Below are positions 43,337-59,544 of a DNA stretch of 64,000 nt, piece by piece; the stretch's first letter is position 1; each line of letters begins with the position of its first letter. The stretch is from Microbotryum violaceum (Eukaryota), in assembly GCA_001244265.2 (NCBI GenBank), contig CDLV01000014.1, positions 434,001 to 498,000 of the forward strand, in the 5' to 3' direction. The position numbers and the translations under genes were made by a program. The notes beneath the pieces are model-generated. The model was not told the DNA's origin and made no database searches. It worked only from the letters and a program-made list of their open reading frames with translations.

Positions 43337-45822
43337 CTAGCACTGCAGGGCCTGTCGCGTCTCATCGGATACCTCCCTGATAACGTTCCACAAGTGGTCG
43401 ATGTGTTGCTCCTTGGTCTGCGTACCGCCGATCGCGACCCTGGTGCACGACTTGCCCCCAACGATCGTCGATGTGAGATGAATGTCCTTCCTCTTCGCGA
43501 TGCGAGCAATGAAGGCTTTGTTGAGCGCTTCCTCATCGCCGCCGTTGGGCTCGAGAAGCCTAATCACGATAAGGGCGAAACGACGGGGCACGAACAGCTC
43601 AAAGCCGTTTCCACGGTGTTCGAGGACGAGGTTCTCGAGGCGCTGGGCAAGTGCGATTCCCTTGTTTAGATGCTCTTGGAACTTCTTCTGGCCGTACGAC
43701 CTCAAGACGAACCACACCTTGAGCGAGCGGAAACGACGACCGAGCGCGATTTGCCAATTGCGATAATCGACGACGAGGCCCGAGTCACTCTCAGCGTTGC
43801 GCAAAAAGGGAGGCGTGATGTCGAATGCCTTGGTGAGGAGACGACGGTCTCGGATGAATAGGAGCGAAGCGTCGAGAGTGACGAGCCCGGACTTGTGGAG
43901 GTTGGTACAAAACGAATGGACTTCGCCGGAGCCGCAAATATCCTTGGCGAGCTTGCCTCGAGTCGAGCGGCGGTTGATGGCCTCGAGATGACACTCGGCA
44001 CGGAGTTCAGGGATGGCGAGGTAGACTCCGCCCCACGCAGCGCTGCGGGAGCAAACGAAGACTCCCGGTCTCAGCTCGGCAGTCGTCTAAGAGGAAGAGT
44101 CAACATGCACTTACTCGACATGGAGGAAAATTGCAGGATAGTCGGCAGCTATGAGAAGAGCAGACGAGGTGTGGATTTAAGATTGGCACTCCGGGAGCAG
44201 ATAACAGCAGATAACACGTCTACGCACTGACTGCCGTGATCTCGGAAATGTTGTCGATCGCCCCGGTGCTCGTCGTACCGACGGTAGCCACTGACCGTCG
44301 ACGACAGCAGGAACTGCCGATTAGTGCATGTGGCGTGGTTAGGAGACCCTGGTGGCGAGTGCTCACAGAAAATGAAAGGCACCTTCCCCTCACTCTCGAG
44401 TGCCTCGAGGGCCTCCCTAAGCTCGGTACCGCGAATCGCCCAGCTGTTCTCTTGCTTAGTGGGAACGGGATGGAAGTGGATGCTCAGCAAGAGGGCCGCT
44501 TTGGCGCCGAGGGAATGTGTCTGCGTCGTTGCGACGATGACCAAATCTTCGTGCTTGGTTTCGGGATGCATGCGCATCACGCGCTCTCGCGCAGCGATGC
44601 AGACGGAGAGGCACGCCTCCGATGCCGAGCCCTGTGAAGACAGAGACATTATGTCAGACGACGGGTGAGGCTATTATTCGTGAGCTTAGGAGTGGGAAAC
44701 GTACGTGGATGATTCCGCCGCCTTCCTTTGACGAGTTGTGAAAGCTTTCGTCGAGGCCGAATAGGGAAGCGCACCAGTCCATCATGCGGACTTCCAACTC
44801 GGTGCAAGCGGGAGAACCTGCAAGAAGCAGAAGGACGTCAAGGTCCGCACGTTCCGAAAAACAGGTGGCAGCCACAGACTAGATGCGATTCGCCTCACAG
44901 AGCCAGTTAAAACCGGGGTTCGACACGCCACCGACCATGATATCGGCAATGATCGATTCGAACGTGGTGTTCGCGGGGAAGTATGCGTAAAAATTTGGTG
45001 ACTGCCAGTGGGTTAATCTTGTATATGAGATCGTGGGAAGCGAAAGGTCCGGTTAGTACTAGTTAGTTCGCCCATAGTAATGTCGCCGAGAGTCTGCCCG
45101 CTCGAATGCCTACGAACGGAAACCTCGCCTCGTATGAAACCATGTTCGGAGATCACTGGACGAAGGGAGCGCTTGATTTTCTTGGACGAGTCGAATGAGA
45201 CACGACTACCGGACGGTGTTCGGACCCCTCTCAAGGACACGCGCGGGGGTGGGGCGGTGCGGTGGGAGAACTCACCCAGGCATGATAATTTTATCGAAAT
45301 CGTCGGCAATATCTTGCCACGCTTCACCCTCGACTGGGGCAGTGTCTGTACAAAGGAGACATGTTTCGCTCAGCGGGTCGGGCATCCGTCACCCCTGACG
45401 GGCAACCGGCGAAGTGGTTGTCTCGTACGCAGGATCCGGGGGCGCCCTCTGAAAGGGACTCAGGAGGCAACGCCGACTCACCAGGAATCTGCTTGCCAAT
45501 GTCATCTGGCTGTACACTAGGCATAACATCGAGCGTCTCCAGGTTTTCGAAGTAGTCACAAACCCTACGAGACGATTATGGACGCCAGGGCATCAAGTGC
45601 GATAACATGGTCAGCGATGACAATTCTTGGCTGAGACTTGGGTGCGCGCCGAAAGAACCGCGCTCCGGTCGTCTGAACATTGAAAGGTGAAGCACGTACC
45701 AGTCGATGGCAGCATAGCCAGCCTTCCGAAATCTGGAATAAATCAAGCCAAAAGCATACGCTTGGTGCTCAGCGGTCGGCATCGTCCATCAGACTACGTG
45801 GCACGTACTGCTCGCGATCCAT
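43337..45822 (-). CDS. Group II PLP-dependent aromatic L-amino acid decarboxylase homolog; probable aromatic acetaldehyde synthase
   Basis: MDREQFRKAGYAAID, IMPGLTHWQSPNFYAYFP, GFNW..SPACTELE..MMDW, TTQTHS, GTTSTGAID, HVD.AAWGG, PLP-Lys NLHKS, ITPPFLRN, DYRNWQIALGRRFRSLKVW. About 8 introns. Confidence 0.93.
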
Positions 45823-47667
45823 GTTGTGCGGGCTGCGAAGTGGAGGTGGACGATGTGCATACAGCCAGCCCGGGTGATCGAGAGGCTCAGGGACAAGTAC
45901 ACAGGTAAAGAGAGAAAGGGGTTTCGATGCGGATTTGGTAGATGGTAGACTCAAGTTGGAAGCGGAAGTGAGAATGAGGAAGCAAAGAGTAGATAGAGCC
46001 GATCGTCGATCTCGGCGGATATGATCACGTCCTGAGGATTGCCGTTGCGGCCGCTCGCTCAGGCCTCAGGCCTCAGGCTAATAATAGGCGGGCCGGCACG
46101 CTCGGAGACGCCTGGCCGGAGAAACCCCTGAGTGGTGGAGCTGTGTCAAGCCTTATGGAACGAGCTCGGGGGTCGGCTCACGATAATATAGCGCGATCCA
46201 GGATGACAAAGATAGATGTGCGCCGCGTATATTCCCCGTGATCAGCGTGGGGCGGTTGGCGGTGCTCTCGCGCTTGGCAGTGCGCTTGCGATCAGGCCCG
46301 TATCGTGCCGAGGGGAGATAATGAAAGAGGTCATCCTTTCAAGACCATTTCACGCTGAAGCACATGCCGGGGGGAGGGGGGACAGCGAGAGAAAAAAAGG
46401 GGGAAAAAAGAGAAAGAAGAAAATCTGGAAGAAGAAGAAAAGACGAAAAGTAGCGAGACCTAACAGGGAAAAAAGAACAAGAAGCAAAAATATGGGAAGG
46501 CGAAGCGGGCTGGCGCCAGGCCTTCGTTGTACCAAGCATGTCAGGTCTTTCCTCGTTCTTCTTTTTCCTAGCTCAAATGAACATGATTTGGCAGCGTTCG
46601 GTTGAACTGTGTGAGACGTTGAGGCATGCAGATCCGACTCAGTACTGCCCGTTCGACATGATCGAAGATCCCCGACACGCGGCACGACCTACTCAGCTCA
46701 TCGATCTCTGCCACCCTTCAGGAGACAGTCAAATTTGCAACCGAACTATGAAACTCAAGCTGGATGACTGTCTTTCTGGTCGATTTCCGCACTGGAATTC
46801 AAGCGATAATCTGCCGAAAATTGTACTGCGAAAGAAAGGAAAATTGCCGTCGCAGAGCGTCGGCCGAAGGCACTTCGTCAGGTGTATTTTATCTCTCCCA
46901 TACAGCAATTCTTGATCAGCAAATGCCTTGCAACTCCCATACTACAGATCATTTACACGGACACTATGCCGGCTGACGCACTAGCGACCTAGAATGAGAC
47001 GGCCATCCGGGTGGGAACCGGCATGGAAACCGAACACTTGCCGATCGTTTGCAGTCGCCAAGGTGCAGTGCAGTGGAAGCCGTCACCGAGTCGACGCCCC
47101 GGCCTCTCCGCGTCACTGCAGTGCAGGCGCACCGGGGAATAGCATATCAAGTATACTAGTACGTGACCGAAGTTGTTATGAAAACCGGAATCGCCTATTG
47201 GGGCCTATCCGCACGCTCTTGCCAGACGAACAGCTTGCTCCGAGTCGAGAGTCGTTGGCGGACACTCCTCGGAGTATCAAGCAAACCTCGAAAAGAATTG
47301 CGTCTACTCCAGACTCAACTGACCACAGACTGGGCTCTTATAGAACCACACGTCGCTGGATCATGATCACATGACAGACGTTGCCTAAACTGAAAGCACC
47401 TCTCAGGTAGATCGATTTGGACATGTTGTGTGTCCAATCCGAGTGCCATACTGGACGCAGTGAAAGATCAGCGACCTTAGGCGAGAGCAGGCAGTGAGTA
47501 GTAGTCGAAGGTAATAGGCGAGCTCACTTGGAGTCACATGAACGTCGCGCGGCTGTCGGTGGTCTCCGTAAGTCTCCGCCGCGGTCTTCCTCAGCTCTGG
47601 CCGCCGCGCACGACTGTTTAGCCACTACCACCGAATATCTATCAGGCGTCAAAGTTGAAACTGGGCC

Positions 47668-49636
47668 ATGGTACAACCACGTCGAAGACACCGACCATCG
47701 GATGCAACCCATCCCGCTTCCCAAGCCTTCGACCTAAGGGACTTGGAATCGTTACTTCGGACATGTACGACTCGACGACAATGGTTCATCGCAGCTATGA
47801 CCTCCCTCGCTGTGATCGTTCTCTATCGAAGTGGATCTTCAACAAGAAAACACCACCGAGCCCTCAAGTACGATCGGGATAGAGGAGCGGAGAGGCCGAC
47901 GTTCGCTGCGTTGCCAGAGTTGAGCGACAGGAGGAGGCTGTGGCCACCAGATCCGAGTAGGTCTTGCTTTTCGGGCAGTAATGAGGTGTACTTGATCTGC
48001 ATACGTATCAGACAATGCATCCTGACTGCGACGGCATTCCATCATGCGGCACGTGACCGGCCGAGTTGGCCGTTCTCGCTGCGGAGTACCACTCGCACTC
48101 TGATCCTCCCCCGACCTCCGATGCACCCGGCATCGCTGAAACATGTCCACGAATGCCGAAACACACAGGATTGACGCTTTTCATTTTCTTCGATTGGGTC
48201 CAGATGACCCCATTTGTCAACCCAAGATCTACGTAAGCACTCTTTCGTCTTTTTCCCCACATCTGCCCCCACGCGGCGAATCCTGATACTACCATACTCG
48301 ACCCCTGCAACAACAGGTCCACGATCTCCCTGCCGGACTCGTCCTACCCGAAGCGACGATCTCTCAATGCCGCTGGTCGGCGTACAACTCGGAGCTAGCC
48401 CTCCATTCCCTACTCACTTCTCCGGACGGCCCAGCCTACCCCCGCTCACTCCTCACCACGGACCCAGCCTCAGCGGACCTCTTCTTGATCCCCATGTTTC
48501 CGGCATGTTACCTCTTCGATTGTTGGGTCAAAGCGGGTTGGATCAAGACCGAACGGTGCGACGTCGATGCGTCTTACATCCAACCCATCATGGATTACAT
48601 CTCCACCTCACCCGAGACGAGCGAATACTGGCAGCGTAACGACGGCGAGGATCACCTCATTTTTCATCCTATGGATCACGGAGATGGGTACTACACCGAG
48701 AAATCTCGTGCGGCAATGAACTTGAGTAATTACCTCGTTACTGTGGGCGATCTTCGACCCCCTCCTTACTCGAAGCATTTCAGAAGGTACAAGGATCTCG
48801 TCATCCCTTCCTCGACGCATCTGCTCAATTCGTACCACTTCAACCCAATGGACTATCTCGACGAGTCAGGAAACCCTTTGTCGACGCCGAGGGAAGCTGC
48901 TGATCCCAAGAAACCGACCCCACCTCGAACTCGGGCAGAGATCTTTGTCCCCTCCGCTCCCGCTCCCGCTTCAGGCTTCATCTCTCGCTTCTTCTCGTCC
49001 TCCCCCTCCAAACAAGCCAAAATCGCAGCCTTCTCACGCTCCCATCGTCCCACCACAGCGATCTTCCGAGGTGGAGTAGGCGAAGCAAAAGATGGGGAAT
49101 CGTATGCTTTGGGTATCCGCTCCCTCTTCTTCCCTTCCGATGGGGATCCCACAACCCCTCCCTTTTCCTCCTCGATCCATGACGGTTTCTCCTCCCTCCC
49201 GGATTACGACCTCGCTCTCCAATCCGAGAACCACGATTATGCCCTCGCATTATCCCGAGCTAAATTTGGCCTAGCCCCACCCGGTTACACCTTGGACACG
49301 ACGAGGATTTACGAATACCTCGCTTTCGGCGTCGTCCCCGTCTTCATTGGGACGGGTCAGATCGCGGGTCAAGTTCTTCCGTTCCAGAATGATGTAGATT
49401 GGTCATCGTTCTCGATTGAGATCCCGAGGGATCAAGCGCATCGAGTCCCGGAGATCTTGCAAGGTATTCTGGACGATGGAGGGAGGTACGAGGTATTGAG
49501 GGAGAAGGTTTGGAAGGTGGGTAGGTTGCTCGTGCTTGAGCAGGGGCAAGGGAACGTTTGGAAGTGGTTGGCGAGGGATTTGTGCAGGCTTAGGCGGATC
49601 GGTACAGGCGCGGGCTCTGAGATCGCCAACAATTGA
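47668..49636 (+). CDS. Exostosin-family (GT47) glycosyltransferase, type II membrane
   Basis: N-terminal TM WFIAAMTSLAVIVLY. YWQRNDGEDHL, KDLVIP, FRG, ALSRAKFGLAPPG..DTTRIYEYLAFGVVPVFI, LPFQNDVDWSSFSI. Confidence 0.88.
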
Positions 49637-49751
49637 TGTAGCATCCGTTGTTTACTTATTTCAACTGCAACTTGTCATCGTCGAGAACGATGTATTATGT
49701 GCTATGTACAGAAAAGAGAGACAAACTCAAGCCCAAAAGAAGAGTTGTGAT

Positions 49752-51090
49752 CTATTGGAAGTCGCCCGTGGCCTGGTCCTTCTCGACACGGGGTTGGCCG
49801 TAACCCTTGGCACCCTCGTACGATCCTCCACCCTCGTAATCGTTGCCCGATTCACGAGTCCTGGAGCTTGAAGATTTGAAGTTGGCGTTGTCTTGGTCCT
49901 CTGAAGGGAATTCGTTATTGACATCTGCGAGACAAAAAGCCGGGAACATCAGCATTGCCGATTTGCAGCGCAGACCCCAGTTTTAAAGGGTATGCGTACT
50001 CGGCTTTGAGGACTACGAGACGGATCAGGAAAAGGTACCGATGTGTCAGTGTGGGAGTGTCTACCGGTGTCTCTCAAGATGTGGGACTCACCGCATCACC
50101 GCTCATGGTGGCATAGTCGTCGCCCTGGTTCCTCCCTCCCGAACGACTCTCGTAGGCGCCACCGCGGCCCTCGCCCGAGTTGTCGGAAGTCGAGTACGTC
50201 TCGGTCTGCTCGTTGTCGTCTTTTTTTAGAACCCGATCACAAATATTCGACCATCAGCTAGCTATTCTTGTTCTCGGGGCGACCCCTACGAACCGAGAGA
50301 ACTTACACTTCGATCCACCCTGGACATCGCTGTACTTGCCCGTCGAGCCGATACCCCCAGCGGTTCCCGATTGACCGGCCGAAGTAGCGGAGGATGCACC
50401 ATCGGCGGAGAATTGGTCCGACGAAGCGTCGGAAGAAGAGAAGGACTTGTTGGTGATGTCGCCTTCGTTGTTGACGTCTGGTGAAGTGGATGAGAGAGTT
50501 CGACGTCAGTCATCGAGACACCGGCCAGAAGCCAGCTCGAACAAAAATTTGTCGATGGCGACTCACTGTCGCGCGACGACTGAAGTGGGGGAAACATGAT
50601 CATAAGTGAGTGAGCGAATAGCACCGAAGCATAATTTCGTAGTCGTTCAAAGGCAGCCACAACCCATCTACCACCACACCACTAATCACCGCCAACCAAC
50701 TCCAAAAAATCAACTCGTCGGCGGCGCTCCACGTCATTCCTTGCGCGCCGACGTCAACAATTCGACTGCTAACGCCGTCGGCTCAACCAAACTCGACGGG
50801 AGCTCAACGGAGCGAAGATAGGAAACTCACGGTATCACCACTCATGCTGGCGTTGCCGTCGTTCATCTGACGACCTCCGGAAGAGTTGGTGTTTTGTTCG
50901 TCTGTTGGTGTTTAGTGGGAAAATGTCAGGCATGGTCGTTGTGGGGTTATCGTTGCCAGCAGGAGCACGACTCTTTTTAGTGGAGCTTTAGTCCGAGCGA
51001 CCTACAGTTGTCGGACCTGTAGAGAGGACGGGCATTCAGCTTCAGCACGTGTCAGGGGTACACCTCATGAGGAATCATATCGCCTTACAT
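49752..51090 (-). CDS. Small hydrophilic G/S/D/N-rich protein (hydrophilin/LEA-like composition) encoded by 8 short exons
   Basis: AT(51090-51089)|G-SDN-t(51016-51006)|YEQNTNSSGGRQMNDGNASMSGDT|SSRD(50579-50567)|NVNNEGDIT...GGSK|YDNEQTET...SGGRNQGDDYATMSGDA|SSKP(50012-50000)|NVNNEFP...ATGDFQ*. All GT-AG junctions, with consistent phases. Confidence 0.8.
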
Positions 51091-51557
51091 TTTGGATAGA
51101 TGGGTTGGGAGCAATAGTGGATTGAGCAAGTTGGGGGAAGGAAGTCGACGTGTGGCCGCTCCTCGTCGCTCTCCGCCCGGAAGCGAGCGGCATCGTCATC
51201 ATCGATCGATGACGCACACGCACGCCCCCGGCGGCCTTCGATTGCACCCTCGGTATAAGACCCCGACAAGCTTCGAGCCATGGCAACAGGCGACGTTCTT
51301 CGTGGAATCGAACAACCGCTGGTTTTTACAACTTGGTTCCATACATCTCTTCACACGCGAATGAATATCTCGCACCCCTATCCTGTCCCCATTTCAGGGG
51401 CTTCGGATTCCGCCTACGAATGGGAAGTCCAAAGTAGTCTTTTCTTCTTGTGAGCCTCATGAATAGCACCCAAAATACCCAGGGGAGTTTACACAGATTT
51501 TGAAAAGAAGATGAAAAAATTAAAGTGAAGGAGAAACATTTTTAGTGGGCAGGGCAT

Positions 51558-54306
51558 CTATCGCCTCGCCTTGGTCTCGGCTTGCTTTGCGCTCTTCTTG
51601 ATCGTCTTCTTAGATCGTTCGGAGGCTTCTCGGATAGCCCATGAGCTGGTGACAATCAAAAGGGGGCGTCGGTCATCTCATAAACCGAACTTGACACCCT
51701 GATTGGCGGTACTTACAGAGCATACGACTTGACGGCATCGTCAAAGCTCGAAAGGACCTCGATCGAGTCGTCATCATCGACGATCGCGCTGGCAGGGGCA
51801 GGCCCTTGGTCGTCATCAGCGGCATCGATGAAGGCTTGCATCTGTGATCCAGAGATTCAGAAAGCGCCTGTCAGCCTTGCTGCTCTCTGTCTTGAGTTTC
51901 CAAGTCAGAACGCACCTGGCCAAAATAAGGATCGTCACCGGAGAAGGTGTGTACCTCCTCATCGTCACCACCGGGGTGTCTGAAAACAGTACGGGATGAC
52001 AGGTCAATTTCAGAAAGGCGCCATACTTTCTTGGGTGAGTGCTCACCGGACGCGAAGCTGAGGGGCGTTGTAGGGATCGATGAGGCGCAACTGGTCTAAG
52101 GTGGGAGAGAAGAGGGGTATCGTCAACCACTATCCACCGTCCGGACACGCCGATCACACGTCAAAGTCTTACATCCATCGGTGTCTAGTACCAAAGTTTC
52201 GAGAAGGTATCGAAATCAGCCATGTTGTCCTTGCTAGGAACTGAGTAACCTTGAACGTACAAATCTCGAGCTCAGTCGAGTACTTAGTACCCTGAAGGAC
52301 CAAGGCGTGGGTGAGCGATCCCACAGCTCCCGTCTTGTATTTCCTGCGAAAAGTAATCGACTGCAAGTCAGAAAAACGTGGTGCGAATATCAGGTTCATG
52401 GCTCGGCAGCTTACCAAGTCGCACTCGTGACACGAGGAATACGGTCATCCTCGGCGATCTTGCCTTCGTCGACTGGAATGACGGAAAGTTCTCCAGCTTC
52501 CTCGTACCATTCTGATGCAAAGAGCAAAGTGATTTCTGGTCTATATTCATTCCTGTTGGCTCTCATCTTCCGCTCATCGACTGACCAAGGGCATGAGCCT
52601 GAACCGAGTCCATCTCGACGTCACCACCAAAGTAGCGCGACAGATCGATAAAGTGCGTAGCCTGTTCGACGATGGGCCCGCAATCACGCGACTTCATCCA
52701 CCAAGCCGGTTTGGCGATCTTGGCGTACGAGGAGATGTAGCGCGCGACGGTCGCCATGACGTGGAGGTCGTTGTCCTCGATGATGGAGCGCATCTTTTGG
52801 ACGACTGTGAGTTGGAGTCGTGGTATGCAAGAGTCTGGTCAATCTCATGATCACTCTGCCTGTTGGAGTCCTTCTCACCTTTGAGGTACCGGAGGAAGTA
52901 GCCGACCGAGACGACGGTCTTGCTGTCGACGAGCATGCGGCTCACTTCCACAGCATCCTCGACGCTGCCGGTTGAGATGGGCTTCTCGATGAAGAGCTGA
53001 GCACATACGGCCGCTGTCAACATCCTATATACTATTAGCTTCACCGGTGGAACGTAAGCTCACAGCAGGTGTGTTGTTGGGGAATGCCTTCAAGATTTGA
53101 ACCTCGATATCCTTCCCGGGCTGCAAACTTCCACGGAAAGCGGGCGGCGAACCGACGATAAAGGCGTGGGGTCGCTCGTCCTCGGACATGGTCGAGACGA
53201 AACCATCGAGATTATTGCAGATGCGCGTGTCTTGATAGGCCGAAACAACGAACGAAGAACGCTTGCGGTCGAGAACGGCTTCGGCGGTCGCGGCGTTGGG
53301 GTCGATGATGGCCACAACTTTGAGGCGGGGGCCGAGCTGAAGAAATGCGCGACAGATGAGCAACGAAGTGTTTTTTCCCTTCGTTCGGGGTCTGAACCGA
53401 CCTTGTGCTCAATTCGGAACGAGTGGTCCCAAGGTCCTGTGAAGGTCGTTCGCAGTGATCAGTCCGGAGCTGATCGTCGATAGGGGCTGCCTGTAGCGCG
53501 CACCTTCGTCACTTCCCTACAGAGGAGAACGATCCGGATAAAAGCACAGAAGGATCAGCACATTCACTTCACGGTGAGGACTTCCAGACGTGGCCCCGGG
53601 TCAACCGTTGGGGCAGTTATCGCTGCCCAGACGCCAAAGGTGATTGATTACGTCATGGACGAATCGACCTCCTTCGCGGCGGCGGTGTCGTGGCATAAAG
53701 CGGGGCCGTGCCCACCGAAGCATATGCGCACAAAGTTGATGTTCTTTTGGGAGATTGGGGAGAAGACTTTTGGGTCAGCATTGTTGCATAGGAGGCATAT
53801 GCCCGTTCGGCCAGGGGTCAACCGGTAACGTGTTCCCTGAGGTGCGCAACGGAGCTCATGAATGCTTTGGATGGGGAGAGGCGCTCACACCAGCTCCGAC
53901 GAAGACGAGGTTGAAGTTGCCACCGGCCCTGGGCGGCTTGCTCATCGTCTGAGGGAGGATGACGTGGCGAGGAGGGTCCACATCAGTATACGGAAGGCGC
54001 TGTACTGGGGCTGTGATGCCGATTCATTGGGTCGGTCGGGGTTCCTACTGACCATCGGACCCAAGCGGTCCGCGGCGATACTGGGCCTGCGGACACTCGA
54101 ACGACGACGAGATTCCATAGGCTGTGCACATGAAGGAATGCAATATGCCAGTCAGTATCGGGGACTCGGGCGAAGTAAATCCGGGTCGGGTTTTGCAAGG
54201 GGCAGGCACGGCGACTGGTAGTGGTAGCGCGTCGGCGCCCGTGGAGCTCGGTCGGGAGCGGGAGCTGTTCAGAGCTGGTTGGAGTGGACACGGCCTTACT
54301 GACCAT
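51558..54306 (-). CDS. Gfo/Idh/MocA-family NAD(P)-dependent oxidoreductase (start uncertain)
   Basis: FNLVFVGAG..NFG, GPWDHSFRIEHKLGPRLKVVAIIDP, IVGSPPAFRG, LFIEKPIS, VSVGYFLRYL, GPIVEQATHFIDLSRYFGG, SSFDDAVKSY. Many introns. Confidence 0.88.
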
Positions 54307-55097
54307 TGTGTGTGTTGTATTAGGACGGGAAAAGATAACGACGTGTTCGCTGCAGTGGGGTAGATAGACTCGGTCAGGTGAAGAAAAACGAGCGCGTGCG
54401 ATTAGGCTCTGACCGGGTGCTTTCCCCGACTGATCACAGGCTCCAAGAAGTCGTCAGCTTGAGGAGATCGACTTTCCGTTTGCGATCGATTTCTTCAACG
54501 CAGGGGAATAACCTCGCTGCAAGGCACTGCAAAAGTGCTCGCCGGAGCACAAAGCAAGATCTCGGAAGAAGTAGAAACAATACGGAGAGAAGGAGCAGAG
54601 AATTGCTGATGCTAATACACCCTCGTCGGTCCGAAACGATTTCTGCTTCCGAGGAGCAATCTCAATTTAGGTAGTACGTAGTAGCGCTTCCGAATCTTCC
54701 AGGAACATTGAGCCCAAGACCTGGAAGGTTCTTTCCCATAGTCGTTCTACTTGGTTTTCTTGGTTCTTGATGGGGATGAAATTGCCTCGCCTGGTCGCAG
54801 TCGCCGTGCACCGAAAATCAATGAGAATTCACCCGAAAGGATTTTGTGACCATCTACCGCTAGGTTAGAACGGCTGGCCTAGTTCGATTGCTATGCAAGA
54901 AGGGAGTGACTTGAACGGACACTCTACCGATTCCGAGGCAGCAGACCATTTTAAAATTGATTTCATGTGGAACCGCGTGGGACCCGCCGAGCTTGGCCGA
55001 ATTCGCGTCGATGCTCGAATCGACAAATAACCCGTCGACCTCTCTCACCTCATCTCGACACCCCGGTGCACCCCTCGAAACTTGATCGGTTCTCACC

Positions 55098-56274
55098 ATG
55101 TCCAGGACGATCCCCAAGCTACTGATCGTAGGAGGGAATGGATTCGTCGGATCGGCGGTCGCCAAAGCGGCTGTCGCCCGAGGATGGAACGTCGTGTCCC
55201 TCTCGCGATCGGGCAATCCGTTCGTCACACCTGCGGGGCATGAGCCGGCTTGGGCCAGTAAGGTCAGCTTTACGAGTGTTCGCAAGTCGTTTGAGAGACT
55301 ACGCGTCGACCTTCCAGCTGATGGGTCGTTGCATTGGACAGGTCGAATGGAGAGCCGGAACGCCGTTCGATCCGTCGACGTATGCGAGCCTGCTGCCATC
55401 TTGCACAGCCGTCGTATCCACGCTCGGCACACTGCTCGAGACGAACTACAAGGAAAACGGACAGGCAAACCCTTTCGGCGTCTTGAGAGGAGTGGTCGAC
55501 AATGTATTGGGGTCACGCGGGAACCCACTCGCGAAAAGCGCGAATGAACGCAGTTATGAGCGGATCAATCGCGATGCGGGTCAGTTCACGGTCCATATCC
55601 TCGCGATGGACCACCAGACAAGGCTGACGTTTTTTTGTTTTTTTCTTTTTTTTTTCTTTTCCTTTCTCGATGTAGCCGTCATCATGGCCTCGGCCTTTGT
55701 CAACTCCTCTTCTCCATCCGGCTCCCCCTCCCGTCGTTCCCCCTTCGTCTACATTTCCGCCGAGGACATTTTCCGTCCCTTCGTGCCCTCACGCTACATT
55801 TCCACAAAGCGTCAGGCCGAATCCCTCATCAGTTCTCTCTCCCGACCTTCAACATCAACCTACGAAGCAGCAGCCGAATTACCCCCTTCCTCGAATAGGC
55901 GCTCGACTCGGACCTTACGCCCTATTTTCATTCGCCCTTCGTTGATTTATCATCCTCATTTAGCGCCGGCGACGACCTTACCCGCCACCTTGTTCGAAGC
56001 GACGAGTAAGATCCATCGAATGATACCGCCGCCTTTGAGATTCGACACGCTCTTCGCTGTAGGTCCGAATGCGAGATCGCCGCTCCAACCACATCGTTTG
56101 GATGCGCAAGCGGACGAGTTACCTTCAGCTTTCCAATCTATGGCGAGCCTATTCGCGATCCCGCCTATTCATGTCGATGCGGTTGGTCAAGCTGTGTTGC
56201 GAAGTATAGAGGATGAGAGAGTCGAAGGTGTGGTGGATGTGGAGAGGATGAGGAACATGCTTGGGTTTGAGTGA
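55098..56274 (+). CDS. COQ11: Atypical SDR / NAD-dependent epimerase, Coq11/NDUFA9-like
   Basis: LLIVGGNGFVGSAV, VVSLSRSG, AVVSTLGTLLE, SYERINRDA, FVYISA, RYISTKRQAE, IFIRPSLIY. Introns at about 55262-55341 and 55579-55675. Confidence 0.75.
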
Positions 56275-56656
56275 GGCGTGACGAGCTCTCCTTCTAAAGT
56301 CGAACTCAACACTTGTTGTACAACAATTGCTTGCAATCACGAAGACCTCTGTCCCCTGCACCGTTACCATAAATCAGATCCACTGGTATGTATGACCGCA
56401 GACACTCGGCAAAAACAGCTTCAAGATGTGTAGACAAACGAGGATCTGCGCGCACGAACCAACCGGTAAGGCTTGCTGTGACTGGTAGGAAGCCAAGCTC
56501 TTGGTGCTCGCGCGCCCGAGGCGGCGAGGCTACGCCAAAGTTCTCACCACCGCATAGCGATCAGAACCTCCGCGCGAATAGTAGGACAAGCTGGACAACC
56601 GAGCACTGGCAGGCGATGTACACGCGACTAGTATTGCACGCCGAAGCGCTCGTGCA

Positions 56657-59544
<2,888 letters not shown>

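Noticed and set aside
45018-45276. Long intron of the decarboxylase gene as a possible snoRNA host
   Set aside because: No clear C/D or H/ACA box arrangement seen.
46000-47500. Lys/Arg-rich ORF 46216-46605, CTCAGGC x3 and other short ORFs
   Set aside because: Purine-rich low-complexity intergenic sequence between divergent genes; no family motifs, LTR or TIR found.
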